The position numbers were made by a program, and so were the translations under genes. DNA of 64,000 nucleotides from an uncultured cyanobacterium (GTDB taxonomy: Bacteria; Cyanobacteriota; Cyanobacteriia; Cyanobacteriales; Nostocaceae), in NCBI GenBank assembly GCA_963740315.1, contig CAVUDP010000002.1, positions 2,144,001 through 2,208,000 of the forward strand. The letters are read 5' to 3'. Shown piece after piece: positions 1 to 10,755 of the stretch. Each line of letters starts with the position of its first letter. Position 1 is the stretch's first letter. The notes beneath the pieces are model-generated. The model was not told the DNA's origin. It worked only from the letters and a program-made list of their open reading frames with translations, and made no database searches.

Positions 1-549
1 ACTTCATTGGGAGATAAGTCCATAATTCATCAACTTTTTTAGTTTTAGCGATCGGGGCTGAATGGTAAATGGTAGTTAAATTTTTAAATACCAACTTTAC
101 CCTACAGTTAATCTATTGCTGATTTCGGTATTATTTGTTTGTGTATTTTGAATCAATATAGTTTGATGTCAAATATATTTAGAATTTATGCTCTATTAGC
201 GTCATTTCGTCATTAATTACAATAACAAAGTTTTATTTATTTTGTATTTTGCGTAACTTTTTGTCTAAATTAATTCATCAAGTTACCTACAGGTTGATGA
301 CGATCGCAAATTGTAACGCGAATACAGCATAAATATCAGCATTGATGTTTGCTTTTATCTTTTAGGAAATTATCGGCAGTGTCGAGAAATAAACGAATTT
401 CTTTATAGTTTGGTTCTGGTAATCCAAGGCGCTGACTTGGAATCATAACATTAATACCCCTCATTAAACCCTATCTCTAGAATTTGCATTACGGCTTTGG
501 TGCGCGTAACTCTAACTTCACCTATGTTGCATAATATTAGCGATCGCAT

Positions 550-729
550 ATGTTCTTTGAGGGGTTAATTATTCCGAGAGCGAATTACCAAGCAGCGATG
601 GTTTTAGAGCAGCAGTTGAATATAGATCGAACTCAATTAGCCAAATACAACAAAAAAGAAATTATCTATCAAGAATTTGAAACCAATCGCCACCAGAAAC
701 ATTTAAAATTAGGGAATCTTTTTGTTTAA
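550..729 (+). pseudogene. Possible remnant of an LptF/LptG (YjgP/YjgQ)-family permease
   Basis: 59-codon ORF below the track cut-off: MFFEGLIIPRANYQAAMVLEQQLNIDRTQLAKYNKKEIIYQEF. It resembles, from memory, the post-TM3 segment of cyanobacterial LptF/G proteins. The rest of such a gene is absent. Confidence 0.35.
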
Positions 730-792
730 AGTCATGGTTTAAAAAGCTTTATATCAATCGGCTTTGTATATTTTACATTCTTGGTTTTACTC

Positions 793-1128
793 ATGCACCA
801 ATTAACTGAAGCAGAAAAATTCGTCCTATTAGCTATTGGCTCTGGAGTTTTGGGTGGATTAATTAAAGAAGTTATTAGGGATTTTATTAGTAAAATTAAA
901 AATCAACCAGCAAGAAATACTGCTCATAAAGTAAAGTCTTATATTGCTGCTGGTTTCTTTTATGGCATTGGAATGGGGGTATTTCTTTTTGCTGCTTTAA
1001 TGTTTGATACAAATATACCAATACAAGAGAATAATAAAGTAGTACTTCTTTATATAATTATTGGACAACCTCTAATAAATCTTGTCACACAACGATTAGA
1101 ATCTCTCGTCAACAGCCAAGATAGTTAG
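793..1128 (+). CDS. Small hypothetical membrane protein (about 3 hydrophobic segments)
   Basis: ORF 781..1128; ATG at 793 is the likelier start. Hydrophobic stretches FVLLAIGSGVLGGLI, YIAAGFFYGIGMGVFLFAALMF and VVLLYIIIG. Confidence 0.6.
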   Translation: MHQLTEAEKFVLLAIGSGVLGGLIKEVIRDFISKIKNQPARNTAHKVKSYIAAGFFYGIGMGVFLFAALMFDTNIPIQENNKVVLLYIIIGQPLINLVTQRLESLVNSQDS

Positions 1129-1328
1129 TATTGTAAATTTTTTCCAGCAATATTGCAGTGAATATTAGACAGTAGCTTGGGTTAGACACGATTTGCTTTC
1201 TTTTACTTGAAACGAAAATCTATTCCTTTGTGTCGTAACCGCTTTTTTTTATTTGGAGAAGAGGGGCTAAAGCCCTTACTACGAACCTTATATTTTTAGT
1301 CTTGCGTTGATGCAGCGATTTCAAAATT

Positions 1329-1354
1329 GTAGAGACGTAATATATTACGTCTCT
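1329..1354. repeat. Small palindromic dispersed repeat (GTAGAGACG...CGTCTCTAC family)
   Basis: gtagagacgtaatatattacgtctct. Related copies at about 4945-4974, 20172-20199 and 45179-45203, all intergenic. Confidence 0.75.
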
Positions 1355-1392
1355 TATTACGTCTGTTTACATGATTCCAACGATAACAAATA

Positions 1393-1836
1393 TCAATCTT
1401 GCGATTCACGATACCCATAGAAGTTAACGCTGTAATCTGTTATCTTAACTCCCGTTTTCTCTTCTACATAACGAAGAACTTCTTCAGGTAATTCTAGATG
1501 AACATCTAGTATTTGATTCGTATCCAAACAGTTAACGTGACTGTGAGAATCGCTGATATTTCCGTACAAACGCCCATCGCAGCGCTCGATACATTCAATA
1601 ATGCTCCCAGATGATAGCGCTTCTAAATTCTGGTAAACCGATGTATGTCCAATTTCCTTGCCATCCTTATTCAGGCGATCGTAAATTTCACGAGCCGAAA
1701 GATGTTCGTTTGCTTTCCATAACAGTTCTAAAATGAAACGACGCTGACGACTAACCCGCATACCCAAGGTTTGACATCTTTCTAGTGCGTCTTCTAAGGA
1801 ACGAATTGGTTTTGTAGATAATGTTTGTTTTTGCAT
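1393..1836 (-). CDS. furC: Fur-family regulator, FurC/PerR type
   Basis: MQKQTLSTKPIRSLEDALERCQTLGMRVSRQRRFILELLW...HTSVYQNLEAL...SHSHVNCLDT closely matches the Nostocales FurC (PerR) sequence pattern. ATG at 1836. Confidence 0.88.
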   Translation of the reverse strand: MQKQTLSTKPIRSLEDALERCQTLGMRVSRQRRFILELLWKANEHLSAREIYDRLNKDGKEIGHTSVYQNLEALSSGSIIECIERCDGRLYGNISDSHSHVNCLDTNQILDVHLELPEEVLRYVEEKTGVKITDYSVNFYGYRESQD

Positions 1837-2519
1837 ATTCGTATACTTAATTATCAATGTTTATTTTTTATTCCATAGATGCAAAAATTAAAGTAGTCCT
1901 ATACATTATCCTTAATTCGTGTTTTCCTGTTTTACTATAAGGACTTCTCTAATAGGAGAAACTTCCGATCGCTTGTGAAAGTCTATGTCACTAATTAATC
2001 TAAAGCTAATTTAAAATAAACTCATTACCACTTTAGCTTAAAATCATTGCAAACGTCTACTCGAAGATAGATTCGGTATAATTGGCGTTAAGCGAAGCTC
2101 TACCGGAGGTAATCGCTTATTTTAAAATAACTATAGTCGATCGATTCAGTATTTATAATTAATTCCCATCCCGCAATCGTACTTAATGTAAGTTTTTAGA
2201 CATATTTAATTTTATCCGCGATCGCGCCTATTTTTTGCATTCAGAAAAAAACAACGATCGTCTGTATTAGCATTCAAGACAAAAATAACTGTGGTTTCTA
2301 CTGAGATTTAAGGCTCGGTATTTTTTTTTCCGTATATCTACTTATTCTCATATAGCTTGGTGTATTTACATAATGTCAGTAAGGGAACTAAGAAAATCAT
2401 AATAGCGAGCTATATTTAGCGCTATTTTTTGAAGAAATAAGCACATCTACTTAGCGGTATTTGCTTATCAATAAGTAAATAACCGTAGCGCCAATTTACT
2501 ATTTAACAGGGTGATAAAA

Positions 2520-4769
2520 ATGCAAAGTAATAGTAATACCACTCCGAACATGAATAATGCTGGTTTTAATACTTCCAGTGGAAGAATGCCTTCTTTAGAT
2601 ATGAATTCGCCATCTGCACCTCGCCAAATGCCCAGCAGCGACATGGATGCTTCTTCATCTTTCGGACATATGCAGAAAGTTTTAGTAGAACTGCGCGTAC
2701 CTAGCGATCGCGGCATATTGGATGCATCTCGGACGGCTGCACAAATCAGTGTAGGTAGTTTCAGATTTGACAGCAGCTACGAACCGATAAAAGTAAAACC
2801 TAGTAGCCAGCAAGTATCTAGCTTGCAAGCTAACAACGAAGAAACGGTTATGGTACGCGGGGTAGTAGAAGAAAGCGATATTCAGGAATTAGAATCGCAA
2901 TCCAACGTAGTAAAAGTTTATAAAGACACTCCCATTGCACCCTTCGATATTGCATTATTAGACAAAAACAAAGATTTAGTCGCACCGATGGATGGGGCAC
3001 AAGATTGTCCTATCGGTACCTGTGATTGCGAGCCAACCACAGCTAAGGGAACCGTAGCCGATGTAGCCAAGTATTTCGGTGCCGACCAAATTTGGTCTGC
3101 TGGATTTAAAGGAGAAGGTATTGTTGTTGGCGTTGTCGATGGTGGTATAACTGCCGAAGGGCGCGATTGTGGTCCTTCAGAAACTATTCGTCGCGTCAAA
3201 AATGTGATTGGTGGACCTGCATCCGACTGGGGAACTACCGCCAAGGAATGGGGCGAACACGGTAATATGTCCGCTACCGATGTATTGGGAATGGCACCCG
3301 CAGCTAAACTCTACGACTGCCGGATTTCCGGTGGCGATGCGATTTCCAACGCATTAAAAGTATTCGATTGGGCAATAAAGCAGTATCAAACCGACGGTAC
3401 GCCCCAAATTCTTACCAACAGTTGGGGAATTTATCAAGAAAGCTGGGACGAGTTTTATGCAAACAATCCGGAACATCCTTTCACCCGTAAAGTTGTAGAA
3501 GCGATCGAGCTAGGTATTTTAGTCTTGTTTGCGGCGGGTAACTGTGGAGGAAGTTGCCCTTCTCAAAGATGCGGCACGGATTTTGGTTCCGGTAAAAGCA
3601 TTTGGGGTGCAAACGGACATCCTTTAGTAATGACTGTTGGTGCGGTTAATAAAGAAGAACAGTTTATTGGTTATAGTAGCCAAGGACCGGCATCTTTAGA
3701 CCCCAACAAACCAGATTTTTGCTCGGTGAGTCATTTTAAAGGCTACTTTGCCAGCGATAACGGCACATCTGCGGCTTGTCCGATCGCTGCTGGTGTAGTG
3801 GCGTTGCTCAAACAAGCTAAATCAGATTTAAATCAACTTGAAGCCAAAGAACTCCTCAAAAATACCGCGAAAAACATTGGCGAACCCGGTTTCGATCATC
3901 ATTCCGGCGCTGGAATTATTCAAGCAAAAGCCGCCTTCGATCAACTTTTACCACAACAGCCCAAATGGCATGAATGGGAAAGTTGGGGAGGTAACAGCTT
4001 TTATGCACCTGCGGTTGTCTCTTCAGGAGAAAATCATCTTGATGCCTTTATCGTTGGTGGCGACAGCGCTGTTTATCGTAAATCTTGGCATGAAGATAAA
4101 AATCCCGGCGAGTGGGAAAAGTTAGATGGGTTTAGTTTGGGAACTCCTGCGGTACTAGCGCGTGAAGAACAAATAGATTTATTTATTATTTCACAACAAC
4201 GTACATTGCAGCGTAAATGTTGGGACGGTAAATCTTGGGGTGAATGGCAAGATTTGGGCGGTTTATGCAAGCACGGTGTAGCTGCTACTAGTTGGGGTAG
4301 TAACCGACTTGATGTATTTAGCGTCGCAGCCGACAACGCCGTTTGGCACAAATTCTGGAACGGTGAATGTTGGAGTGAATGGCTTTCTTTAGGTGGTATC
4401 AGCTTGGGTACCCCAGCAGCAGTTTCTACCAAAGAAAACTCCATCGACATTTTTATTAAAGGTTGCGATCGCGCTATATATCGCAAATCTTGGAACGGTA
4501 CTTGGAGCAGCGATTGGGAAAGCTTGGGTGGTTCATGGGCATACTCCCCCGCAGTTACCTCCAGAGATGGCGATCGTCTTGATGTATTTGCAGTCGGTAC
4601 TGATAACGCTGTATACCGCAAAGCATGCGTTCAATCCAACTGGGGCGAATGGGAAAACCTTGGTGGAGCAGCACTATCCGCTCCCGCCGCCGCATCCTGG
4701 GGACAAAACCGCATCGATATATTTGCGGTTGGTGGCGATAATGCTTTGTATCATAAGTGGTTGAGTTAG
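2520..4769 (+). CDS. S8 (subtilisin-like) serine peptidase with C-terminal Trp-rich beta-propeller (PLL/fucose-lectin-like repeats)
   Basis: Catalytic motifs VVDGG, EHGNM, FAAGN and GTSAACP. Six ~46-aa repeats of the form W..LGG....PA..S....lD.F..g.D.a.y.K.W at the C-terminus. Confidence 0.88.
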   Translation: MQSNSNTTPNMNNAGFNTSSGRMPSLDMNSPSAPRQMPSSDMDASSSFGHMQKVLVELRVPSDRGILDASRTAAQISVGSFRFDSSYEPIKVKPSSQQVSSLQANNEETVMVRGVVEESDIQELESQSNVVKVYKDTPIAPFDIALLDKNKDLVAPMDGAQDCPIGTCDCEPTTAKGTVADVAKYFGADQIWSAGFKGEGIVVGVVDGGITAEGRDCGPSETIRRVKNVIGGPASDWGTTAKEWGEHGNMSATDVLGMAPAAKLYDCRISGGDAISNALKVFDWAIKQYQTDGTPQILTNSWGIYQESWDEFYANNPEHPFTRKVVEAIELGILVLFAAGNCGGSCPSQRCGTDFGSGKSIWGANGHPLVMTVGAVNKEEQFIGYSSQGPASLDPNKPDFCSVSHFKGYFASDNGTSAACPIAAGVVALLKQAKSDLNQLEAKELLKNTAKNIGEPGFDHHSGAGIIQAKAAFDQLLPQQPKWHEWESWGGNSFYAPAVVSSGENHLDAFIVGGDSAVYRKSWHEDKNPGEWEKLDGFSLGTPAVLAREEQIDLFIISQQRTLQRKCWDGKSWGEWQDLGGLCKHGVAATSWGSNRLDVFSVAADNAVWHKFWNGECWSEWLSLGGISLGTPAAVSTKENSIDIFIKGCDRAIYRKSWNGTWSSDWESLGGSWAYSPAVTSRDGDRLDVFAVGTDNAVYRKACVQSNWGEWENLGGAALSAPAAASWGQNRIDIFAVGGDNALYHKWLS

Positions 4770-5080
4770 ATTGAGGGCGAATGTCTCGTTCCCAGCCTCC
4801 GGGCTGGGAATGCATCAACAGAGGTGCCTCTTGTCAAGTACCCCTTATGCTGAGCCTTCTAGGGTTCGTAGCTAGAATCTAGGAACCACTTATGAACCAG
4901 TTATTAACCAGTTATTAAATTATCGATACTAATAGAATTACGGGGAGACGTTGCAGTGTGTACGCCGTCTCTACATTATTTATCGGTATTAATATAAAAT
5001 TATCCGCTTTTAAATCTAAAATCTAAAATCTAAAATCCTAATTGGTGATAGTGTAAATTCTCAAAGCTCAATCTAAAGCA

Positions 5081-5554
5081 ATGACTTTCACTATCACAAT
5101 TCCGAAGTTATCTATCAACAGTTTGGATTTATCGCCTGCGACAAAGGCAATTGATAAATTCTTGGCGGAGGATAATATCGCATCGAGGGAACAGCAGTTA
5201 AGTTTGGATGTTCAATACGAATTGGAATCGGGAGATCCACGGGAACTTTCAGAAATTCCAGAAGTACGGTTGTGGTATATCCGCTTGGATGCAAAATATC
5301 CGTGGCTACCATTTTTACTGGATTGGCAATCGGGTGAATTTGTCCGTTATGCTGCGATGTTAGTTCCGCATCAGTTTAGTACTAAAGAAGGTATTCAGTA
5401 CAATCCCGAAGCTTTAGAAATTTTTCTGATGCAAAAAACCTTTATTTTAAAAGATTGGCTAGAAAAACAAAACATCCCCAGTCAATCCCGAATCAAGTCA
5501 ATGGCGAAATTACTGGGTTATGACTTGGATGATGAGCTATTCCAAATGCTCTAA
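5081..5554 (+). CDS. crr6: CRR6-family NdhI maturation factor (DUF1817)
   Basis: Motifs DPRELSEIPEVRLWYIRLDAKYPWLPFLLDW, RYAAMLVPHQF and EGIQYNPEALEIF. Confidence 0.85.
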   Translation: MTFTITIPKLSINSLDLSPATKAIDKFLAEDNIASREQQLSLDVQYELESGDPRELSEIPEVRLWYIRLDAKYPWLPFLLDWQSGEFVRYAAMLVPHQFSTKEGIQYNPEALEIFLMQKTFILKDWLEKQNIPSQSRIKSMAKLLGYDLDDELFQML

Positions 5555-5694
5555 TGCTTGAATTTTACTTCAACTTGTAACGCACCTGATTTTTTTCTTC
5601 GTTTGTGAAAATTAAGAAACCCGGTTTTTTGGAAAAATCGGGTTTCTATGTATGTCTAATTCTTATAACTCATATTTTTATTGTTAAATTAAAC

Positions 5695-6459
5695 TTACTG
5701 ACTGCGAGATATAAGACTTAATGCGGTGTTAAAAGCATACTCAACAGCTTTTGATTTTGTCGGTAAAGCTGCTTGCCAAATACGATAGTCGTTATATTCA
5801 ACAATCGTTTTAGCCATATCATCAATATTGATTTTATTTAAAATATCGTATTGGGCTGATTCAAAATCTTCTAGCTTCTTGCCCATGTGAATAATTTCTT
5901 CACCAGCTTGAATAAATTCATCTAAAATTGTTTGCGCGTACTGTTTTCCGGCACCTTCTGCAAAAACAGATGTAGATTTAAATGCTTTATATTCCTCAAA
6001 CAGAATATCCGCTATCTTGCATCCGATTAATTTATTCCAACTATTAGGAAGATATATATCTAAACAATCACTATCACTATATCTATATTGTAAGTATTCA
6101 TAAATATCTATAGCCGATTTCTCTAGTTTCTTTCCGGCAAATAGTTCTTTTAAACATTGAATGCTTGTATTGAAATCGGAGTCTGTAAATACATTTTCTC
6201 CTCCTTCAGGACATTCATACACCATATAAGTCCAAATACCTGCACTTGCTTTATCGGTACTTACAGCTTGATAAAAAGTAATGGTTCCATCATCTTCGCT
6301 CTCGTAATATGCGTTTTCCGTATCGGTAAATTGCCATAAAGGTATATTGCGAGAAGAAAGCACGATTTTTTTATAAATACCTGTGAGATGATGAGGCTGA
6401 GTCTCTACCTGGATATAACGTTTTTTAGAGATAACTAAGCTATGTAACCGAATCGCCAT
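5695..6459 (-). CDS. Hypothetical protein
   Basis: 254-aa ORF with an AAGGA RBS upstream; no recognised motif. Confidence 0.75.
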   Translation of the reverse strand: MAIRLHSLVISKKRYIQVETQPHHLTGIYKKIVLSSRNIPLWQFTDTENAYYESEDDGTITFYQAVSTDKASAGIWTYMVYECPEGGENVFTDSDFNTSIQCLKELFAGKKLEKSAIDIYEYLQYRYSDSDCLDIYLPNSWNKLIGCKIADILFEEYKAFKSTSVFAEGAGKQYAQTILDEFIQAGEEIIHMGKKLEDFESAQYDILNKINIDDMAKTIVEYNDYRIWQAALPTKSKAVEYAFNTALSLISRSQ

Positions 6460-6580
6460 TATTTTTTCCTTATATTTAGATAGTCATTTACAAAGGTGAT
6501 TTCACCTACTTAACAGTTAGATAGAAGTTCATGCAAAAGAATTTACCGCTTTTATCTTCGTTCGTACATCTTTCACAAGG

Positions 6581-6628
6581 AATAGTGTTTGTATCAAACA
6601 TCTTTAAAACAAATAATGTTTGTATCAA
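6581..6628. promoter_or_regulatory. 17-bp direct repeat with 31-bp period upstream of the 254-aa gene
   Basis: aatagtgtttgtatcaa (6581-6597) and aataatgtttgtatcaa (6612-6628), 16/17 identical. Confidence 0.45.
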
Positions 6629-7697
6629 TTGCTCACTAATCATCTGAGAATGTAAATTCATTTACCATTAATTGCTAATAACAAATTTTTGAAATCAACA
6701 TAAAACAGATGTTGACTCAAAAAAGTTACAAAACTTCAAACTAACTGTTAATTTGAAAAGCTTTTTGCCATAAGCTCGATCGATTTAAATACGACAACGA
6801 ATGTATTAATAGTTGAGACATAAATAGAATTTAGTTTTCTCTACTATTACCAACTTCGATCGTCTAGTTATCGCGATAGTAACAACGTACTGACGTTAGT
6901 GTTGATGGTTTGAGGTTGATACTCCTAGCTACAGCATTTTATTTACTTCTGATTTATCATTCCCCAAAATGAATTGAAACTAACATTCTGACTAAAGAAA
7001 AACCAAATTATTTTTTTAAAGCCGATAAACTTTGGTATCAACCAGCTTACAGGCAACAAGTAAAATGATTTCTTCAAATAAAATGTAATGTTAGCTATGT
7101 GACATATTGCTATTAAATGTATTTTGTTTCACAATTAGAAGTAAGATCGACTCAGGTTTTTTCTTCAAAAATAAAAAATTATCAATATGCGATCGAATAT
7201 TAGACTAAGTTTTATAGCTTAATAGATACTTCTATGTTCCTGTTGAGGGGTTTAACCCCTTAAATGGCTGTGATGCTTTATTGACAGGACTTTTTGTCGA
7301 TTTTTCAAAATTGGTATATGATACATTTTTTTCTCTAAGCTGCTCAATTGAGGGTTATAAAACTGTTTGCAAAAAGCCTAATTACTCGAAGTAATAAAAT
7401 TTTTCAAAAAAATATCAAATTTGTATTTCAAAATACAATGAAACTCAATGCAGGTATTTATTAAAACATGATTTTATAGTTATTAAATATAAAGTATTGT
7501 ATCAATCTTGATGAGATATTAACCTTCAGACAATAAAAATTTAATTATACTTACTGTAGAATAATGCTATTTAAAATGCCAGTTTCAAAAGACTCTATTC
7601 ACAAATAAATAGTTTTATGGATTTGTATTAAAAATCTGTATTGCAAATCACATTATTTAAAATAATTGCTGTTTATGAAATAAAAGCTAAACAAAGT

Positions 7698-7735
7698 AAA
7701 AAAAATGACACCGGGCTTTTTTTTGATACCCGGTG
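7698..7735 (-). terminator. Rho-independent terminator of the GT9 gene
   Basis: Stem caccggg/cccggtg, followed on the minus strand by a T-run (A-run at 7698-7705). Confidence 0.65.
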
Positions 7736-7791
7736 CTGCAAAAGTTATATGCAATTTTATCTTGACTTTTCCTGAATCAGAAAATTTAGAT

Positions 7792-8724
7792 TTAGCCTTG
7801 CCAAATTTTTTCTAAAACAGTTGCTGGTGGAACATCCGCTATTTCGCCGGTATCCGATTTAATGGCAACAAACTTATCACTTTGAGGCAATAATTTAGTT
7901 GGTTCGTTTAAGCCGAATAAAGCAATTGTGTAAGTTTGTAAAAAGACAGCAAGTTGCATCGGCGTACTATCGGTACACAACATTAAATTAGCCCCGGCAA
8001 TTATCGCTGCAAGTTTACCAATATTATCGGGAAAAGTTTCCTTAATATCTGGTACAGCTTGTTTACGCAGTAAACCTTGATTACCCGATTGAGAGATAAC
8101 AATAACGGGCATATCTGGTTGCTTTTCTTTAAATTCATGAATGACGGATAGCCATTTGTTTGCAGGATAGGAAGTATCGGCATCAACTGAGGCAGCGTCA
8201 ATCAGAATGTAACCCGTATCTTTGACTCCCAGACGTAATTGCTCCGAAGTTGCCCAGTCAATATCAGGTTTTGGTACTTTAAGTGCTAAATCGGGAGAAG
8301 TAGAATTAATGCCTAACCCTTGAAGCAAATCGTGGTACATATAAGCGGCGTACTGTTGCGTTTTAAGGGGTGCCACACGATTGAAAAACAAAGAATTGTT
8401 TCCTTTAAAACCAACCCGCGTGGTTATACCAGTCAACCACAGCATCAAACCAGTCAACCAGTCTTGTGACGGCGTAATCGCAATATCATATTCGCGATCT
8501 CTGATCGTGCCGATTAAGTTACCCCAATCTGCCATACTATTGCGATCTTGAAAATCAAAGGCTAGCACTTCGTCAACGGACTTACTTACCCGGTAAGCAG
8601 CTTTTGAAGAAGGTTCGCACACTACATCAATACGAGATTTATACTTCCGCTTGAGATCGTCTAGAGTCGGAAAGAATAGAATTTGCTCGCCTATTCCACC
8701 AGGGACAAGGGCTACTATTCGCAT
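7792..8724 (-). CDS. Glycosyltransferase family 9 (heptosyltransferase-like)
   Basis: MRIVALVPGGIGEQILFFPTL at the N-terminus; LAAIIAGANLMLCTDSTPMQLA...IALFG near the C-terminus. Confidence 0.88.
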   Translation of the reverse strand: MRIVALVPGGIGEQILFFPTLDDLKRKYKSRIDVVCEPSSKAAYRVSKSVDEVLAFDFQDRNSMADWGNLIGTIRDREYDIAITPSQDWLTGLMLWLTGITTRVGFKGNNSLFFNRVAPLKTQQYAAYMYHDLLQGLGINSTSPDLALKVPKPDIDWATSEQLRLGVKDTGYILIDAASVDADTSYPANKWLSVIHEFKEKQPDMPVIVISQSGNQGLLRKQAVPDIKETFPDNIGKLAAIIAGANLMLCTDSTPMQLAVFLQTYTIALFGLNEPTKLLPQSDKFVAIKSDTGEIADVPPATVLEKIWQG

Positions 8725-8801
8725 ATTGTTTATTTACGATAACTGGCTACTTATTTTAGGGGAAGATGAGAGGACAATTCGCAATTCGCAATTAAAGAGG
8801 T

Positions 8802-9011
8802 GGGGATTGGGGATTGTTAAAGGTTAGGACCACCGGAGTTAGGACCACCGGAGTTAGGAGTTAGGAATTTTATTTCTCCCCCTTGTCCCCTTGTCCCCTT
8901 GTCTCCTTGTCTCCTTGTCTCCTTGTCCCCTTGTCTCCCCATCCCCTCATCCCCCCATCCCCCCATCCCCCCATCCCCCCATCCCCCCATCCCCCCATCC
9001 CCCCATCCCCC
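8802..9011. repeat. STRR-type short tandem repeats
   Basis: Tandem ccccttgt/ctccttgt and cccccat/ccccatc units, plus gagttag units. Confidence 0.9.
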
Positions 9012-9061
9012 AGAGGTGCGATAAAGAAAATACTATTAATTTAAATTGAGGAATTATCAAA

Positions 9062-9742
9062 GTGTATTTATTAATTCCCGCAGCGGGAAGTGGCAGAAGA
9101 ATGGGGAGCGATCGCAATAAACTCCTGTTAAATTTGCTGGGACAATCAATTATCAGCTGGACTATCCAAGCAGCTACTTTCTCGAATCATATTAGCTGGA
9201 TTGGAATCATTTCTCAACCGGATGACTGGGAAGATTTTGAGCAAATTTTAGGTCGGTTGAAGTTAGATAAACCCATAGAATTAATTAAAGGTGGCTCTAC
9301 TCGTCAAGAATCGGTTTACAATGGCTTGAGGGCATTGCCAGCTTCTGCCTCGCAAGTATTGATTCACGATGGCGCAAGATGTCTTGCCACGCCAAATTTA
9401 TTTGACTCTTGTGCCGAAAGTCTTAGCTTAACTAACGGTTTGATTGCCGCAGTACCAGTTAAGGACACGATTAAAGTTGTAAACGAAAATAACATAATTC
9501 AATCGACACCCGACCGACGGCAATTATGGGCGGCACAAACCCCTCAAGGTTTTGATGTCAAATTATTAAAGCAATGTCACGCCGAAGCTATTAGTAAAGC
9601 TTGGGAAGTCACAGATGATGCTGCTTTATTTGAAAAATGCGGATTAGAAGTATTAATAGTTCCAGGAGAAGAAACTAATCTCAAAATTACCACTCCACAG
9701 GATTTAGCGATCGCTGAATTTATTTTGAAGAGCAGGGAGTAG
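9062..9742 (+). CDS. ispD: 2-C-methyl-D-erythritol 4-phosphate cytidylyltransferase
   Basis: LIPAAGSGRRMG, GGSTRQESV, LIHDGARC, AAQTPQGF, TDDAAL and NLKITTPQDL motifs. Confidence 0.96.
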   Translation: MYLLIPAAGSGRRMGSDRNKLLLNLLGQSIISWTIQAATFSNHISWIGIISQPDDWEDFEQILGRLKLDKPIELIKGGSTRQESVYNGLRALPASASQVLIHDGARCLATPNLFDSCAESLSLTNGLIAAVPVKDTIKVVNENNIIQSTPDRRQLWAAQTPQGFDVKLLKQCHAEAISKAWEVTDDAALFEKCGLEVLIVPGEETNLKITTPQDLAIAEFILKSRE

Positions 9743-9835
9743 GGAGTAGGGAGTAGGGAGTAGGGGAGAGGGGGGAGATGGGGAGATGGGGAGATGGGGG
9801 AGAGGGGGAGATGGGGGAGAGGGGGAGATGGGGAT
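9735..9835. repeat. STRR-type short tandem repeats
   Basis: gggagta and ggggagat tandem units starting at the ispD stop. Confidence 0.9.
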
Positions 9836-9981
9836 AAGGAGACAAAAAGAATTTTAACCTTTGACCTTTAACCTTTAACCTTTATAAATTGACATTTAGT
9901 GAAAAATTTGGTATCATCCGTGCCAACTTGCTTGGAGTGTGTTTACTTGAGTTGTGCATTGTCCATTGCGATTAATCGAAT

Positions 9982-10542
9982 GTGGATTTAGAAACGATGA
10001 TTGTAGCGGCATCAAAGATTGAAGCGATTTTGTATTTGAAGGGAAAGCCCCTTTCTATTGGGGAGATAGCTGATTATGCGAAGTGCGATCGCGCCACGGC
10101 GGAGGAAGGGATAATTGAATTAGTTGATGAATACGCTCGTCGAGATAGCGCTTTGGAAGTTGTAGAAACACCTTCGGGCTATAGTTTGCAATTGCGATCG
10201 GATTTTCATGAATTGGTACAAACGCTGATTCCTGTGGAGTTGGGTGTCGGAGCGTTACGAACTTTGGCTGCGATCGCTCTTAATAGTCCGATGCTGCAAA
10301 GCGATTTAATCAATTTACGCGGTTCGGGGGCGTATCAACACGTTCCGGAATTGGTGGAGCTTGGTTTTGTCCGCAAACGACGTAGCGCTGATTCTCGTTC
10401 TTTTTCGCTGCAAGTTACCCCAAAATTTCATCAATATTTTCAAATAGACCAATTACCTCAACCTTTTTCTAATATTAACAAGCAACAACAACTCGAATTA
10501 GAATTACAATCAACAACCCCAGCGCCAGCGGAAAGCGCGTAA
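9982..10542 (+). CDS. scpB: SMC-Scp complex subunit ScpB
   Basis: KIEAILYLKGKPLS, LRTLAAIALNSP, RGSGAYQHVPELVELGFV and VTPKFHQYF. Alternative ATG at 9997. Confidence 0.92.
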   Translation: MDLETMIVAASKIEAILYLKGKPLSIGEIADYAKCDRATAEEGIIELVDEYARRDSALEVVETPSGYSLQLRSDFHELVQTLIPVELGVGALRTLAAIALNSPMLQSDLINLRGSGAYQHVPELVELGFVRKRRSADSRSFSLQVTPKFHQYFQIDQLPQPFSNINKQQQLELELQSTTPAPAESA

Positions 10543-10755
10543 AACGGTAAAATTTGTTTTCAAGTAAATGTAGTCGCCGATTTTCTTGAATTGGCTTGTG
10601 GAAAATAGCTCTGACATCTGCTAACACTGGGTTTTATTCTTCTACACACCCCCAAAGGAAAGATGCAATTACCTCAAATTTCCACTAAGGTCAAGGTGCC
10701 TCATACTCAACCTATGGTTTAGAGTAGAATTAGCAACTCAGCGAATAAATTGCCA

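Noticed and set aside
2468..4818. Several overlapping or antisense ORFs within the subtilase gene (and similar ones in htrA, ctp, mfd and nat genes)
   Set aside because: Shadow frames of well-supported genes with no independent motifs.
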